Source: Dehalococcoidia bacterium (GTDB taxonomy: Bacteria > Chloroflexota > Dehalococcoidia > Lucifugimonadales > UBA3495). From it: a DNA stretch of 64,000 nt. Positions 45,777 through 55,524 of this stretch are shown here, piece after piece. Location of the stretch: NCBI GenBank assembly GCA_965232845.1, contig OZ247428.1, positions 1,159,535 through 1,223,534 of the forward strand. Reading direction: 5' to 3'. The notes under the pieces are model-generated. The model ran no database searches. It saw only the letters and a program-made list of their open reading frames with translations, and was not told the DNA's origin. Numbering within the stretch: position 1 is the stretch's first letter; every line of letters starts with the position of its first letter. The position numbers and the translations under genes are program-made.

Positions 45777-47402
45777 ATGGCAGACAAGCAATTGATTTTT
45801 GACGAGCAGGCCCGGGCCAGCCTGATGACGGGCGTGGATAAACTGGGCAAGGTGGTTGGTCTGACTCTTGGCCCCAGCGGACGAAACGTGCTGTTAAACC
45901 GGATGTGGTCGTTGCCCGTCGTTTGCAGCGACGGAGTCACAATTGCCAAAGAAGTTGAACTACCCGATGTTTATGAAAATATGGGTGCGCAGTTGGTCAA
46001 GGAAGCTGCTTCCAAGACCAACGACGTGGTTGGGGACGGAACCACAACGTCCGTGGTGTTGGCTCGCTCCATCATACGTAACGGTTTCATGAACATCGCC
46101 GCCGGCGCCAACGGCATGGACCTGAAGTCAGGTATTGACAAGGCTGTCAGGGCGGTAGCGAAGGAAATTGCAGAGATCGCTATTCCGGTCGAAAATCGGG
46201 AACAGATCGCCCGGGTGGCAGCCCTCTCCGCTCACGAAGAAGGAATCGCAGACCTTATCGCAGAAGCTATGGACAAGGTAGGTCGAGAAGGCGTTATCAC
46301 CATCGAAGAGTCCAAGAGCATGGTTGACGAGCTTGACTTTGTGGAAGGCATGCGCCTGGACCGGGGTTACTTGTCGCCACACTTCGTTACCGACGCCCAG
46401 CGCATGGAAGTGACGCTGGAAGACCCGCTAATCCTGATAACCGACACCAAAGTATCTTCCGTCAACGACATAGTCCCGACACTGGAAAAAGTCTCCCAGG
46501 CCGGTGGCCGGCCCCTGGCGATTATCGCAGAAGACGTTGACGGTGAGGCCCTGGCGACCCTGGTTGTGAATAAATTGAGGGGGACAATTTCTTGCGTGGC
46601 AGTCAAGGCCCCCGGCTTTGGGGACCGGCGCAAGGCGCTTCTCGAAGACATCGCAATCATGACCGGCGCTACCGTAATAAGCAATGACACCGGCCTTTCC
46701 CTTGACGCGGTGGAAGTCAGCCACCTTGGTTCCGCTCGGCGCATCGTCGCAGTGAAGGACGAAACGACCATTGTAGAGGGGCGTGGCGCACCAGAGGCCA
46801 CTGAGTCCAGGGTCGCGCAGATCCGTGTCCAGGTAGAAGAAACTACCTCCGACTACGACCGGGAGAAACTCCAGGAACGCCTGGCAGCCCTGGTCGGAGG
46901 GGTGGCCGTTATTCGAGTCGGAGCCGCCACCGAACCAGAGATGAATGAACGCAAGTCCCGCACCGAGGACGCTCTTTCTGCTACCAGGGCGGCCGTTGAA
47001 GAGGGAATCGTCCCCGGTGGCGGTGTCACCTTGATCCGCGCAGAAAAGGTCCTCGACGATCTCCAGGCCACTCTGTCCGGGGACGCAGCTTTGGGCGTTC
47101 GCTTGATTCTTGACGCACTGTCGGCTCCCCTGGAACTCATAACTGAGAACGCGGGGCATCCCGGGCAGGTGATTCTGGACAAAGTGCGTGAAGGCGAAGG
47201 TGACTGGGGCTTTGATGCCGAAAAAGGCGAGTATACTCACCTCATGCAATCAGGAATCATAGACCCCGCCAAGGTTACCCGTTCGGCCCTGCAGAATGCC
47301 TGCAGCATCGCGGCGATGTTGCTGACCACCCAGGCTGTGGTGGCTGAGATCCCAGTATTCACGCCCTTACCGGCCGATGTCCAGGACTTCATGCACGATT
47401 AA
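45777..47402 (+). CDS. groEL: Chaperonin GroEL (diverged paralog)
   Basis: GPSGRNVLL...AGDGTTT-type motif as [12 protein letters not shown], plus [14 protein letters not shown] and IVPGGGV. A GGAGG RBS lies at 45762-45766. Confidence 0.9.
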   Translation: MADKQLIFDEQARASLMTGVDKLGKVVGLTLGPSGRNVLLNRMWSLPVVCSDGVTIAKEVELPDVYENMGAQLVKEAASKTNDVVGDGTTTSVVLARSIIRNGFMNIAAGANGMDLKSGIDKAVRAVAKEIAEIAIPVENREQIARVAALSAHEEGIADLIAEAMDKVGREGVITIEESKSMVDELDFVEGMRLDRGYLSPHFVTDAQRMEVTLEDPLILITDTKVSSVNDIVPTLEKVSQAGGRPLAIIAEDVDGEALATLVVNKLRGTISCVAVKAPGFGDRRKALLEDIAIMTGATVISNDTGLSLDAVEVSHLGSARRIVAVKDETTIVEGRGAPEATESRVAQIRVQVEETTSDYDREKLQERLAALVGGVAVIRVGAATEPEMNERKSRTEDALSATRAAVEEGIVPGGGVTLIRAEKVLDDLQATLSGDAALGVRLILDALSAPLELITENAGHPGQVILDKVREGEGDWGFDAEKGEYTHLMQSGIIDPAKVTRSALQNACSIAAMLLTTQAVVAEIPVFTPLPADVQDFMHD

Positions 47403-47459
47403 ACCTTGATGAAGTTGGAAGCCGACTTCAAACACCCAAAGTGTGTCAGAACTGCATTA

Positions 47460-47500
47460 ACGGGGAGCCAAACCCTGGAACGGCTCCCCGTATTTAATTT
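47460..47500 (+). terminator. Intrinsic terminator after groEL
   Basis: ACGGGGAGCC (47460-47469), a 12-nt loop, then GGCTCCCCGT (47482-47491), followed by ATTTAATTT. Confidence 0.65.
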
Positions 47501-47512
47501 CTGTGAGAAGAC

Positions 47513-48043
47513 GTGAACGGCGCAGCACTAGACCGCGAGAGCATCCTCGAACTGATCAACAACCCTCCAGCAGGACAGCCTCCGCTGGTTGAGAAGCTGT
47601 TGTCTTTGTCTGAACAGATTCAGCCCAGCGGCTTCGACTTCAGCCTTCGGAGAGTTGATCGTCTAACTTCTGCTGGCCGAATGGGACAAGCTTCCAGTGA
47701 CCGCAGCTTGCCCGAAAGCATAATCCTGGATTTCGGTGATGACGGGTGGGTATTTCTGGAGCCAGGGGCATATCTCGCAACCTTCAACGAAGTCGTCAAT
47801 ATTCCCCTGGATTTGATGGCCCTCGCTCGTCCCCGCTCCAGCCTTATGCGTAGTGGTGTAAGCCTGCACACCGCCGTCTGGGATCCGGGATACCAAGGCC
47901 GTTCCCAGGCGCTGCTGATCGTTCACAACTCCGACGGGTTCAGCCTCCAGAAAAACGCCCGACTCATGCAAATGGTCTTTTTTCGCCTGGCCCAACCCTT
48001 GGAACGGGGATATGAAGGTCGTTATCAGGGAGAGCGACCGTGA
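47513..48043 (+). CDS. dCTP deaminase / dUTPase-superfamily protein
   Basis: 176 aa. LEPGAYLATFNEVVNIPLDLMALARPRSSLMRSGVSLHTAVWDPGYQGRSQALL is typical of the DCD/DUT beta-barrel family. Confidence 0.7.
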   Translation: MNGAALDRESILELINNPPAGQPPLVEKLLSLSEQIQPSGFDFSLRRVDRLTSAGRMGQASSDRSLPESIILDFGDDGWVFLEPGAYLATFNEVVNIPLDLMALARPRSSLMRSGVSLHTAVWDPGYQGRSQALLIVHNSDGFSLQKNARLMQMVFFRLAQPLERGYEGRYQGERP

Positions 48044-49248
48044 ACCCTTACCGGGACAAGACAGCCATCACCGCCCGTGTCAAGAAAGAAGCCTTGGCCC
48101 TGGGGTTTGACCTGGTGCGAATCACATCGGCCCAAAGTTTTTCTAAAGACCGGAAAAGAGCACTGCAAAGAATCGACGAGGGGCTGATGGACGGGCTGCC
48201 CTGGTACAACGAGTCACGAGTGCGCCGGGGAACGGAGCCCGAGGAACTGCTGCCAGGCGCCAAGTCTATTATTTGCCTGGCTTTGAATTACTTTCCTGGC
48301 CCTCCGAAAGAGGGCGACAGCGCTGACTTCGAGCCGGGCTCGACGGGCCAAATAGCCCGCTATGCCCGGGGCAGGGACTACCACCGGGTAATGAAGCGTA
48401 AAATGCGAGACCTGGTTGCCGTTTTAAATGAAGCATTTGGTACCACCTTGGCAGCCCGATGGTATGTGGATGACGGCCCGATGCTGGATCGAGCGGCGGC
48501 GGCCCGCGCCGGCCTGGGTTGGTTTGGCAAGAACTCCAACATACTCACCAGCGAGCTGGGTTCATGGGTATTCCTGGGACAAATCGTCACCGACATGGAA
48601 CTGGAAGCCGATTATGAGCTCAGGAAAACTTGCGGCAGCTGCGTCACATGCATCGATTCCTGCCCAACCGGGGCCATCGTAGCCCCATACGTCATAGACA
48701 ACACCCGTTGCATTTCCTATCAGACCATCGAAAACCGGGGCCCCATTCCCCTGGCACTTAGGCCGAAGATGCTGGACTGGGTGTTCGGCTGCGATATATG
48801 CCAGGAAGTTTGCCCCGTCAACCGTAAAGCGCAACCTACCGCCGAACCCTCATTCGCTAATCAGGGTTTGGCAGTCATAGACCTTGTTGAGTTACTGGAT
48901 CTGACTGATGAGGAATTCAAGAAAAGGTTTGCGGGTACCCCGATAATGCGCGCTAAGCGGGTAGGACTGCAACGCAATGCCTGCGTAGCTCTGGGAAACT
49001 TGAGGGAAGCGTCGGCAGTTCCTGCCCTCTCCAAGGCGCTGGCAATCGCAGAACCACTGGTGAAGCAGCACGCCGCCTGGGCGCTGGGTGAAATTGGCGG
49101 GAACGAGGCCTTTGCGTGCCTGGAGCAGGCCGCCGTGGGCGAGAACCAAAGTGAAGTGCTTGCTGAGATAACTACTGCTGTTCGAAATCTTAAAGAGCGC
49201 CTGGAGAAACCTGCCGTCCCGCCCCCTGACAACCATCAACGAACTTGA
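48040..49248 (+). CDS. queG: tRNA epoxyqueuosine(34) reductase
   Basis: Two 4Fe-4S motifs are CGSCVTCIDSCPTGAI and CDICQEVCPVN, with CISYQTIE. A C-terminal HEAT-like region reads VKQHAAWALGEIG. The start overlaps the upstream stop by 4 nt. Confidence 0.85.
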   Translation: MNPYRDKTAITARVKKEALALGFDLVRITSAQSFSKDRKRALQRIDEGLMDGLPWYNESRVRRGTEPEELLPGAKSIICLALNYFPGPPKEGDSADFEPGSTGQIARYARGRDYHRVMKRKMRDLVAVLNEAFGTTLAARWYVDDGPMLDRAAAARAGLGWFGKNSNILTSELGSWVFLGQIVTDMELEADYELRKTCGSCVTCIDSCPTGAIVAPYVIDNTRCISYQTIENRGPIPLALRPKMLDWVFGCDICQEVCPVNRKAQPTAEPSFANQGLAVIDLVELLDLTDEEFKKRFAGTPIMRAKRVGLQRNACVALGNLREASAVPALSKALAIAEPLVKQHAAWALGEIGGNEAFACLEQAAVGENQSEVLAEITTAVRNLKERLEKPAVPPPDNHQRT

Positions 49249-49297
49249 GCCCACTTTGCTACGCATTGACCGCCCCTGCAGAGCGGCCAGTGTTCAA

Positions 49298-49858
49298 CTA
49301 TTCCTCAATGGAAGCGACCTTGGCAGGAGATTCCTTACGCCCTCCTGACCTGCGCTGCTTGCGACTACGCCCTCCAGTTGAAGCCGGCGGCGGCGCATCC
49401 AGCACGTACCTACGTCCGAATTTAAGCTTCTTCATCTCTTCCTCGATGAGGAAGAAGTCCCCCTTGGGAAGCAGATGGAGATTGCCCTGGAAAGCCATGT
49501 ACCAATTCTCCGGGGGCCACCGGCGAATGTAGTCGAGACGGTGGGCCAGCAAACCAGCGGGAATGTATTGTTCTTCCTCCAATATCAGTTCAGGCTTTAT
49601 TTCAACCAGGTAAGGCCAAGTTGCGCTGCCCTCATTTTGCCAAATGTTGGAATCCACTTCCTTGTATGGCACGGTAACGGTGGCGGTAGCAGTGAACTTT
49701 CTAATGCCTGAAACATAGAACAAGAGACGGTCGTCTTTCTCCACCCTCTGTACTTTTCGACGATACTCGGACTTGAGGGCCTGCTTGGTAAAGTCCAGAC
49801 CCACCGTGATATTGAAGTTTTCCTCGTTGGAAGTAATCATCCAGAAGTTACGGGGCAT
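49298..49858 (-). CDS. EVE / PUA-like domain protein with a basic C-terminal tail
   Basis: NFWMITSNEENFNIT...DDRLLFYVSG...FTATATVTVPY...WPYLVEIKPE...RRWPPENWYMAFQGNLHLLPKGDFFLIEEE follows the pattern I recall for stand-alone archaeal/bacterial EVE-domain proteins. The tail is GRSRKQRRSGGRKES. Confidence 0.55.
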   Translation of the reverse strand: MPRNFWMITSNEENFNITVGLDFTKQALKSEYRRKVQRVEKDDRLLFYVSGIRKFTATATVTVPYKEVDSNIWQNEGSATWPYLVEIKPELILEEEQYIPAGLLAHRLDYIRRWPPENWYMAFQGNLHLLPKGDFFLIEEEMKKLKFGRRYVLDAPPPASTGGRSRKQRRSGGRKESPAKVASIEE

Positions 49859-50117
49859 GATGGTCCTCTTTACGGTCCCGGTTCTCCGTACCTCTGCTTT
49901 CTTCCATCTTCTTGGATAGAAGAACCCGAGACCTTACTTCAATCTGGCTTATCTCTAATAATTTTAACATTCCACCAAGTTTTTCGGCACACTTGCGCCG
50001 ATCCGCCAAAGCAACAACTCCCGACAAGCGTTGTTCAACGCTGTGCAATTAGTGTAACATCTTCCCGAACGCTGGCGGCTTTCAGTTTGGAACGTCGCCC
50101 AGGAGGATTAGCAGAAC

Positions 50118-51290
50118 ATGACGTCAAGCTCGTCTCGTGAAAGAGATATTGCAATTGTGGGTGTTGCCGAGTCCGACGAAATGGGAACGGTTCCCAACAA
50201 ATCGTCTTTGCAACACCATGCCGAGGCCGCCTACAACGCGTTAGAAGACGCAGGCATTGCCAAATCGGAGGTCAATGGCCTCTTGACGGCCGGTTTTTCT
50301 ACGTTGGCCACTGCGGAATACATGGGAATTCAGCCAGGTTTTACAGACAACACTTCAGTGGGCGGCTCGTCATTCGTCATCCACGTCGCTCACGCAGCAG
50401 CAGCCATCCGGGCAGGCTATTGCGATACCGTGCTCATTACGCACGGCCAGGCCGGCCGTTCCACCAGGGCCAGAGTGCCCGCCGACCCTAACCTGCCGGT
50501 AGCCCAGTATGAGTCCCCTTACGGTCTCATCGGTCAGCCAATTAACTATTCAATGGCTTGCACCCGCTACATGCACGAATACGGCGAAGACCGCACACGC
50601 CAGGCCATGGCCGAAATCGCCGTTTCCACCCGCAAGTGGGCCAACCTTAACCCCAAGGCAGTAATGCACGAGACTCCAATGAGTTTTGACGACTATCACA
50701 ACTCCCGATGGGTGTCCTGGCCTTTCCACCTGCTTGACTGCTGCCTGGTCACCGATTCCGGCGCAGCCATCGTAGTAACCACGGCCGAAAAGGCCGCAAA
50801 CTGCAGGAAGGCCCCAGTGTGGCTGCTGGGAGCGGCCGAAGGGCATGATCACAACCTGATCAGCGCCATGCCGTCCTACACCTCACTGATAGCCCGGGAA
50901 ACGGGCCCCAATGCCCTGAACCGGGCCGGTGTGACCCATGATGACGTAGACGTAACCCTGATCTACGACTCCTTCACCTACACGGTAATGCTGTCGCTGG
51001 AAGGATTGGGGTTCTGTAAGCCCGGGGAAGCTCCTGATTTTGTGGCCGACCAACGTACCGCTCCGGGCGGGGATTTCCCATTGAACACGGCCGGCGGAGG
51101 CCTTTCCTACACTCATCCAGGGATGTACGGTAGCTTTCTCCTGGTGGAGTCGGTACGGCAGTTGCGCGGCGAGTGCGGCGACCGGCAGGTGAAGGCCAAG
51201 GACGGCTCCGACAGCCCGAAGATTTCCCTCGTAAATGGTACCGGCGGCTCACTCTCTTCGACTGGAACGGTGGTACTGGCAAGAGACTAA
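50118..51290 (+). CDS. Thiolase-fold protein (SCP-x / lipid-transfer type thiolase)
   Basis: 390 aa with DIAIVGVAES...AEAAYNALEDAGI...LLDCCLVTDSGAAIVV...NTAGGGLS. Confidence 0.8.
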   Translation: MTSSSSRERDIAIVGVAESDEMGTVPNKSSLQHHAEAAYNALEDAGIAKSEVNGLLTAGFSTLATAEYMGIQPGFTDNTSVGGSSFVIHVAHAAAAIRAGYCDTVLITHGQAGRSTRARVPADPNLPVAQYESPYGLIGQPINYSMACTRYMHEYGEDRTRQAMAEIAVSTRKWANLNPKAVMHETPMSFDDYHNSRWVSWPFHLLDCCLVTDSGAAIVVTTAEKAANCRKAPVWLLGAAEGHDHNLISAMPSYTSLIARETGPNALNRAGVTHDDVDVTLIYDSFTYTVMLSLEGLGFCKPGEAPDFVADQRTAPGGDFPLNTAGGGLSYTHPGMYGSFLLVESVRQLRGECGDRQVKAKDGSDSPKISLVNGTGGSLSSTGTVVLARD

Positions 51291-51334
51291 ATCCGCTGCT
51301 TCAAGATATTTGAGAGGAAGAGTTGCTATAACCC

Positions 51335-52426
51335 ATGGACATTGGAATCATCGGTCTGCCTCAATCGGGCAAGACCACCGTCTTTAACGCATTGACCCGC
51401 GGCAACGCTGACACCAGCGGCGCCAGCGGGTCTTCCACTGAAATGCACCTGGGCGTCGTGAAAGTCCCCGACTCACGCCTTGAGGTACTCTCCGGTATGT
51501 ATAACCCTCGGAAGGTGGTACCGGCAGAGATCAAGTATTGGGATGTACCTGGACCGGAGTCCCTGGCCAAGTCGCAGGGCATAGTTGGCAGGTACCGAAA
51601 CATTCTGCAGAGCGCCGATGCTTTCCTGGTTGTCATCAGGGCATTTGAAAATCCGGCAGTAGTTCATCCAATGGAGACTCTTGACCCAAGACGGGACCTG
51701 GAGACCATGCTGGGCGAATTGACCTTCGCGGATCTGGAAGTCATGGAACGGGCCACCGAACGGTTGGAAGACGGGATGAACAAGGCCAAACCCGCCGAAC
51801 GCCCGGCAATGGTTCGACAGCTTGAGACAGTGAAAAAGGTCAGGGGGGGACTGGAGGAAGACATACCTGTGCGAGTCCAACAGTTGACCGACTCCGAGGC
51901 CACCATCGTTGAAAATTACCAACTACTTTCGGGAAAACCCGTAATAGTGGCATTCAATACCGATGAAAGTGGGGAAGATCCTTCCCTGGAGCTTCTGGGG
52001 CTAGACTTGCCGGCAGGTGTGCAACTGGGTGAAGTATGCCTGAGCGCCAAACTTGAGGCGGAACTGGCGCTGATGTCGGACGAAGAAGAAGCTGAGTTTC
52101 GCATCGACCTGGGTCTAGACGAGTCGGCCTTGACCAGGGTAATTAGAACCAGTTACGCCACGCTGGGGTTGATTTCATTCCTGACGGTTGGACCCGACGA
52201 GGTTCGCGCCTGGAGCGTACCCGACGGCATTGGAGCGCAAGAGGCCGCTGGAACTATACATTCTGATTTTATCCGCGGCTTCATCCGGGCCGAAGTGATT
52301 CCCTACGATGATCTACACCGGTGTGGCAACATTGCGCAGGGACGCAAAGAGGGGGCCCTGCGTTCGGAAGGAAAGACCTATCAGGTCAAGGACGGCGACG
52401 TCATAAATTTCCTGATCAACGTTTGA
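51335..52426 (+). CDS. ychF: Ribosome-binding ATPase YchF
   Basis: MDIGIIGLPQSGKTTVFNALT, with a TGS-like C-terminus ending GKTYQVKDGDVINFLINV. Confidence 0.9.
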   Translation: MDIGIIGLPQSGKTTVFNALTRGNADTSGASGSSTEMHLGVVKVPDSRLEVLSGMYNPRKVVPAEIKYWDVPGPESLAKSQGIVGRYRNILQSADAFLVVIRAFENPAVVHPMETLDPRRDLETMLGELTFADLEVMERATERLEDGMNKAKPAERPAMVRQLETVKKVRGGLEEDIPVRVQQLTDSEATIVENYQLLSGKPVIVAFNTDESGEDPSLELLGLDLPAGVQLGEVCLSAKLEAELALMSDEEEAEFRIDLGLDESALTRVIRTSYATLGLISFLTVGPDEVRAWSVPDGIGAQEAAGTIHSDFIRGFIRAEVIPYDDLHRCGNIAQGRKEGALRSEGKTYQVKDGDVINFLINV

Positions 52427-52968
52427 ACAACGTCATCGGCTCATCAGCAGTGATCACTATAAGAGAATTTCTGCCGAAAGATACTCCGACGATTCACCGG
52501 CTTTTTGCGGACGGCCAATGGCAATTTGCCGCCGGTGTCGAAGCAGAGATTGAGACCTATATCGAAGAATCCCTGCTAGACGATCTTTCCAACATTGAGG
52601 CCCACTACCGGGACCAGGCTGGCAGTAACTTTTGGGTTGCAGAAGTGGACGGAAAGGTTAGAGGTATGTTCGGCCTGCAGAGACGCAGCGAAAAAGAGGG
52701 GGAACTTCGCCGACTGAGCGTGGACATAGAGTATAGAAGACGAGGGATAGCGCAGATTCTTCTGGAAACGGCCGAAGCTTACGCAAGAGAGCAAGGTTAC
52801 ACAAGGCTGCGCCTGTCCACCATTACGCCTCTGAAACCGGCCATCGCCCTGTACGAAAAGTTTGGCTATTTGAGGTGTGGTGAAGACCGTTACGGAAAAC
52901 TAACAGTCTTGCACTTCACAAAGTACCTTGTCAGTGAGCGGGGGAGTTCAGGGGACGGGCAATGCTAA
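52423..52968 (+). CDS. GNAT-family N-acetyltransferase
   Basis: LRRLSVDIEYRRRGIAQILLETAEAYAREQGYTRLRLST. The TTG start overlaps the ychF stop as TTGA. An alternative GTG start lies at 52450. Confidence 0.7.
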   Translation: MNNVIGSSAVITIREFLPKDTPTIHRLFADGQWQFAAGVEAEIETYIEESLLDDLSNIEAHYRDQAGSNFWVAEVDGKVRGMFGLQRRSEKEGELRRLSVDIEYRRRGIAQILLETAEAYAREQGYTRLRLSTITPLKPAIALYEKFGYLRCGEDRYGKLTVLHFTKYLVSERGSSGDGQC

Positions 52969-53296
52969 GTTCGTGCCCGTCCGGGTCGGTAATGTGGAAA
53001 TAACGTTCGCCCCAGGGTGCGTCAGCGGGGCTGGTATCAGTCTTCAATCCCAGGTTAACCAGCTTTTCGTGAAACTCGTCCACGTCATCAACGTGGAAAA
53101 TAACCCGCCCCCACCATGAGGGCTGCTCTTCACTGGCAATGAGGTTCAGGTAACCTTCTCCCATGCCAAAGCTGGTAAACCCGGCCCACTCACCACCGTA
53201 GAGCATTCTCAATCCCATTTGGTCCCGATAAAAGACCACGGAACGGGCCATATCCCTCACAGCCAGAGTAACAGCGCTTATCCTTTGAACGGTCAC
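52931..53296 (-). CDS. VOC-family (glyoxalase/bleomycin-resistance fold) protein
   Basis: ISAVTLAVRDMARSVVFYRDQMGL...HVDDVDEFHEKL...HITDPDGHEL. GTG start at 53296, preceded by GGGGGAG. The track ORF extends to 53365. Confidence 0.7.
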   Translation of the reverse strand: MTVQRISAVTLAVRDMARSVVFYRDQMGLRMLYGGEWAGFTSFGMGEGYLNLIASEEQPSWWGRVIFHVDDVDEFHEKLVNLGLKTDTSPADAPWGERYFHITDPDGHELSIARPLNSPAH

Positions 53297-53378
53297 CCTT
53301 ATCTCCCCCAATTCGCCTCGCTGGTATAATGGTCTCGCATTAGGACTCTCAATCCATGGTAACAAACGAGTCGAAACT

Positions 53379-54275
53379 ATGGCAAAGCCGCTAGTACAGT
53401 CGCATGAGTCACCGGGCCAAGCGATGGACCGATTAGAATCAATCCTGGCCGAAATGGGATCCGTTATAGTCGCCTACTCCGGTGGCGTTGACAGCGCCTT
53501 GCTGGCTCTTGTGGCCCACCGGACCCTGGGAGAGCGGGCCCTGGCGATAACGGCTATTTCCCCGGCGTTGGCTTCAAGAGAATTGGACGGCGCGGTGCAA
53601 CTGGCAGGAAAGTTCGGATTCGGACACCGCACTATCCAGACAGATGAAATGGACCGGGAAGGTTACGTAGCCAACGCGTCCAACCGGTGCTACTTTTGCA
53701 AGACCGAGCTATATACCAATTTGTGCAAGTTGGCGGAAGATGAGGGATATGCCTGGGTAGCCAACGGGGCAAATCTGGATGACCTGGGCGACTACCGGCC
53801 CGGCCTGCTTGCCGCCACCGAGAACTGGGTGCGCAGTCCCTTGGTAGAGGCAGACCTGGACAAGGAAACCGTGAGGCTCCTGGCCAAGAGCCTGGAGATG
53901 CCTGTTTGGGACAAACCGGCCCAACCTTGCCTGTCGTCGCGCATACCTTACGGTATTCCCGTAACTGCAGAAACGCTGTCCAAGATTGAACGGGCTGAAG
54001 ACTATCTCAAGAGCTTGGGCTTGAAGGAAGTTCGGGCCCGCCATCACGACAACCATTGCCGGGTCGAGGTGGGAGAACCGGAAATGGAATTAGCCTTTGC
54101 CCACCGCAAGGAAATCTCTGCCAACCTCAAGAAGATTGGCTACCTCTGGGTATCCCTGGATATGTCGGGGCTGCGCTCCGGCAGCTTAAACGACCAACTG
54201 GGACCGACAATTTCCATCAAAGCCAACCTCGCGGCAGATTCTGACATGGCCGATTCACAAACCCGCGGTAACTGA
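53379..54275 (+). CDS. larE: ATP-dependent sacrificial sulfur transferase LarE (PP-loop ATP pyrophosphatase)
   Basis: VIVAYSGGVDSALLA (PP-loop SGGxDS), then NRCYFCKTELY and PCLSSRIPYG. Confidence 0.85.
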   Translation: MAKPLVQSHESPGQAMDRLESILAEMGSVIVAYSGGVDSALLALVAHRTLGERALAITAISPALASRELDGAVQLAGKFGFGHRTIQTDEMDREGYVANASNRCYFCKTELYTNLCKLAEDEGYAWVANGANLDDLGDYRPGLLAATENWVRSPLVEADLDKETVRLLAKSLEMPVWDKPAQPCLSSRIPYGIPVTAETLSKIERAEDYLKSLGLKEVRARHHDNHCRVEVGEPEMELAFAHRKEISANLKKIGYLWVSLDMSGLRSGSLNDQLGPTISIKANLAADSDMADSQTRGN

Positions 54276-54283
54276 AGGCCTCC

Positions 54284-55492
54284 ATGAAAGCAGCCTATAT
54301 CCAGTCCATCGGTGGCGCCAGCGGAGACATGCTCCTTGGCGCCCTTCTTGATTTGGGCTATTCGCTGGAGGAACTCCAAAGCGGCCTTTCTCTGCTAGGT
54401 GTGGACGGATACCAACTTTCGGTCGCCGAGGACACACGGTGCGAAGTCAGGGGAACCAAACTGACCGTAACCCAACAGAGCGACCGCCGCTTTTCTCCCC
54501 AGGCCCTTTCTGACATCGTAGGAAACAGCCATTTGCCTGTTGAGGTCAAGGACACGGCCGCCAAAGTCCTGCAAAACCTCTGGCAAGCAGAATGCAGGGT
54601 GCATGGAGAAGACCCGGAAGCCCTGGAACTGGAACAATTGGGCACCGTGGATACTCTAGTTGACGTGGTTGGCTTCGCATTTGGACTGCACAAATTGGGA
54701 ATACTAACCGTATATTCTGCTCCACTGGTACTGGGTGTTTCCGCTCCACCACGCTGGCCTGGCGGATATTCCAATCCTGCACCTGCCACTTTGGAACTCG
54801 TCGCCTTGGCGAAAGCCCCCGTCGCGCCCGAACTTTCCATCCACCAGGGAGCGGGAGAGTTAACCACTCCCACCGGCGCTGCCATCATTGCTTCGCTAGC
54901 CCAGTTTCAGAGGCCGGCAATGACTGTTGAAGGCATCGGCGTAGGGTTAGGCAGCAAAGACCCGGAGGCCTTCCCCAACGTGGTCCGCATATGGGTTGGA
55001 GATGTTCGCGAAAATCCGGCGCAGGACTCAGCCATTGGCCGGGTCCAACAGGGAATTGTGTTGTTGGAAACCAACCTGGACGACGTAACGGGTGAAGTAG
55101 TGGGGTACGCTCAGGAGCGGCTCTTCGACCTCGGCGCCCTCGACGTTTGGCACACGCCTATTCAAATGAAGAAAAATAGGCCAGGCGTTATCCTGTCGGC
55201 ACTCTTACCGCAAAGCCTGGAGCAGGCAGGGGTGGAGCTTATTCTCCGTGAGACACCTACTTTGGGTGTGCGCAGCCGACCGGTAGAAAGGTATGCTGCG
55301 GAAAGGAGTATCGAAACTTTGGAGACCGACCTCGGACAGGTCCGAGTCAAGCTAAAGTACCTGGCCGGTGAGATCGTGGCCGCTGCCCCGGAATACGAAG
55401 ATTGCCGGCGCATCGCATTGGAGAGTGACCGACCGCTAATGGAAATCTATCGGAAGGTGGAGACGGAAGCGCAGGTCAAATTTTTGCCCTGA
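54284..55492 (+). CDS. larC: Nickel-pincer cofactor biosynthesis protein LarC (nickel insertion)
   Basis: MKAAYIQSIGGASGDMLLGALLDLG...ELEQLGTVDTLVDVVG...MKKNRPG. Confidence 0.85.
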   Translation: MKAAYIQSIGGASGDMLLGALLDLGYSLEELQSGLSLLGVDGYQLSVAEDTRCEVRGTKLTVTQQSDRRFSPQALSDIVGNSHLPVEVKDTAAKVLQNLWQAECRVHGEDPEALELEQLGTVDTLVDVVGFAFGLHKLGILTVYSAPLVLGVSAPPRWPGGYSNPAPATLELVALAKAPVAPELSIHQGAGELTTPTGAAIIASLAQFQRPAMTVEGIGVGLGSKDPEAFPNVVRIWVGDVRENPAQDSAIGRVQQGIVLLETNLDDVTGEVVGYAQERLFDLGALDVWHTPIQMKKNRPGVILSALLPQSLEQAGVELILRETPTLGVRSRPVERYAAERSIETLETDLGQVRVKLKYLAGEIVAAAPEYEDCRRIALESDRPLMEIYRKVETEAQVKFLP

Positions 55493-55524
55493 CACTGAAC
55501 CAGGCTGGGGCCAGGGCAGCCCCA

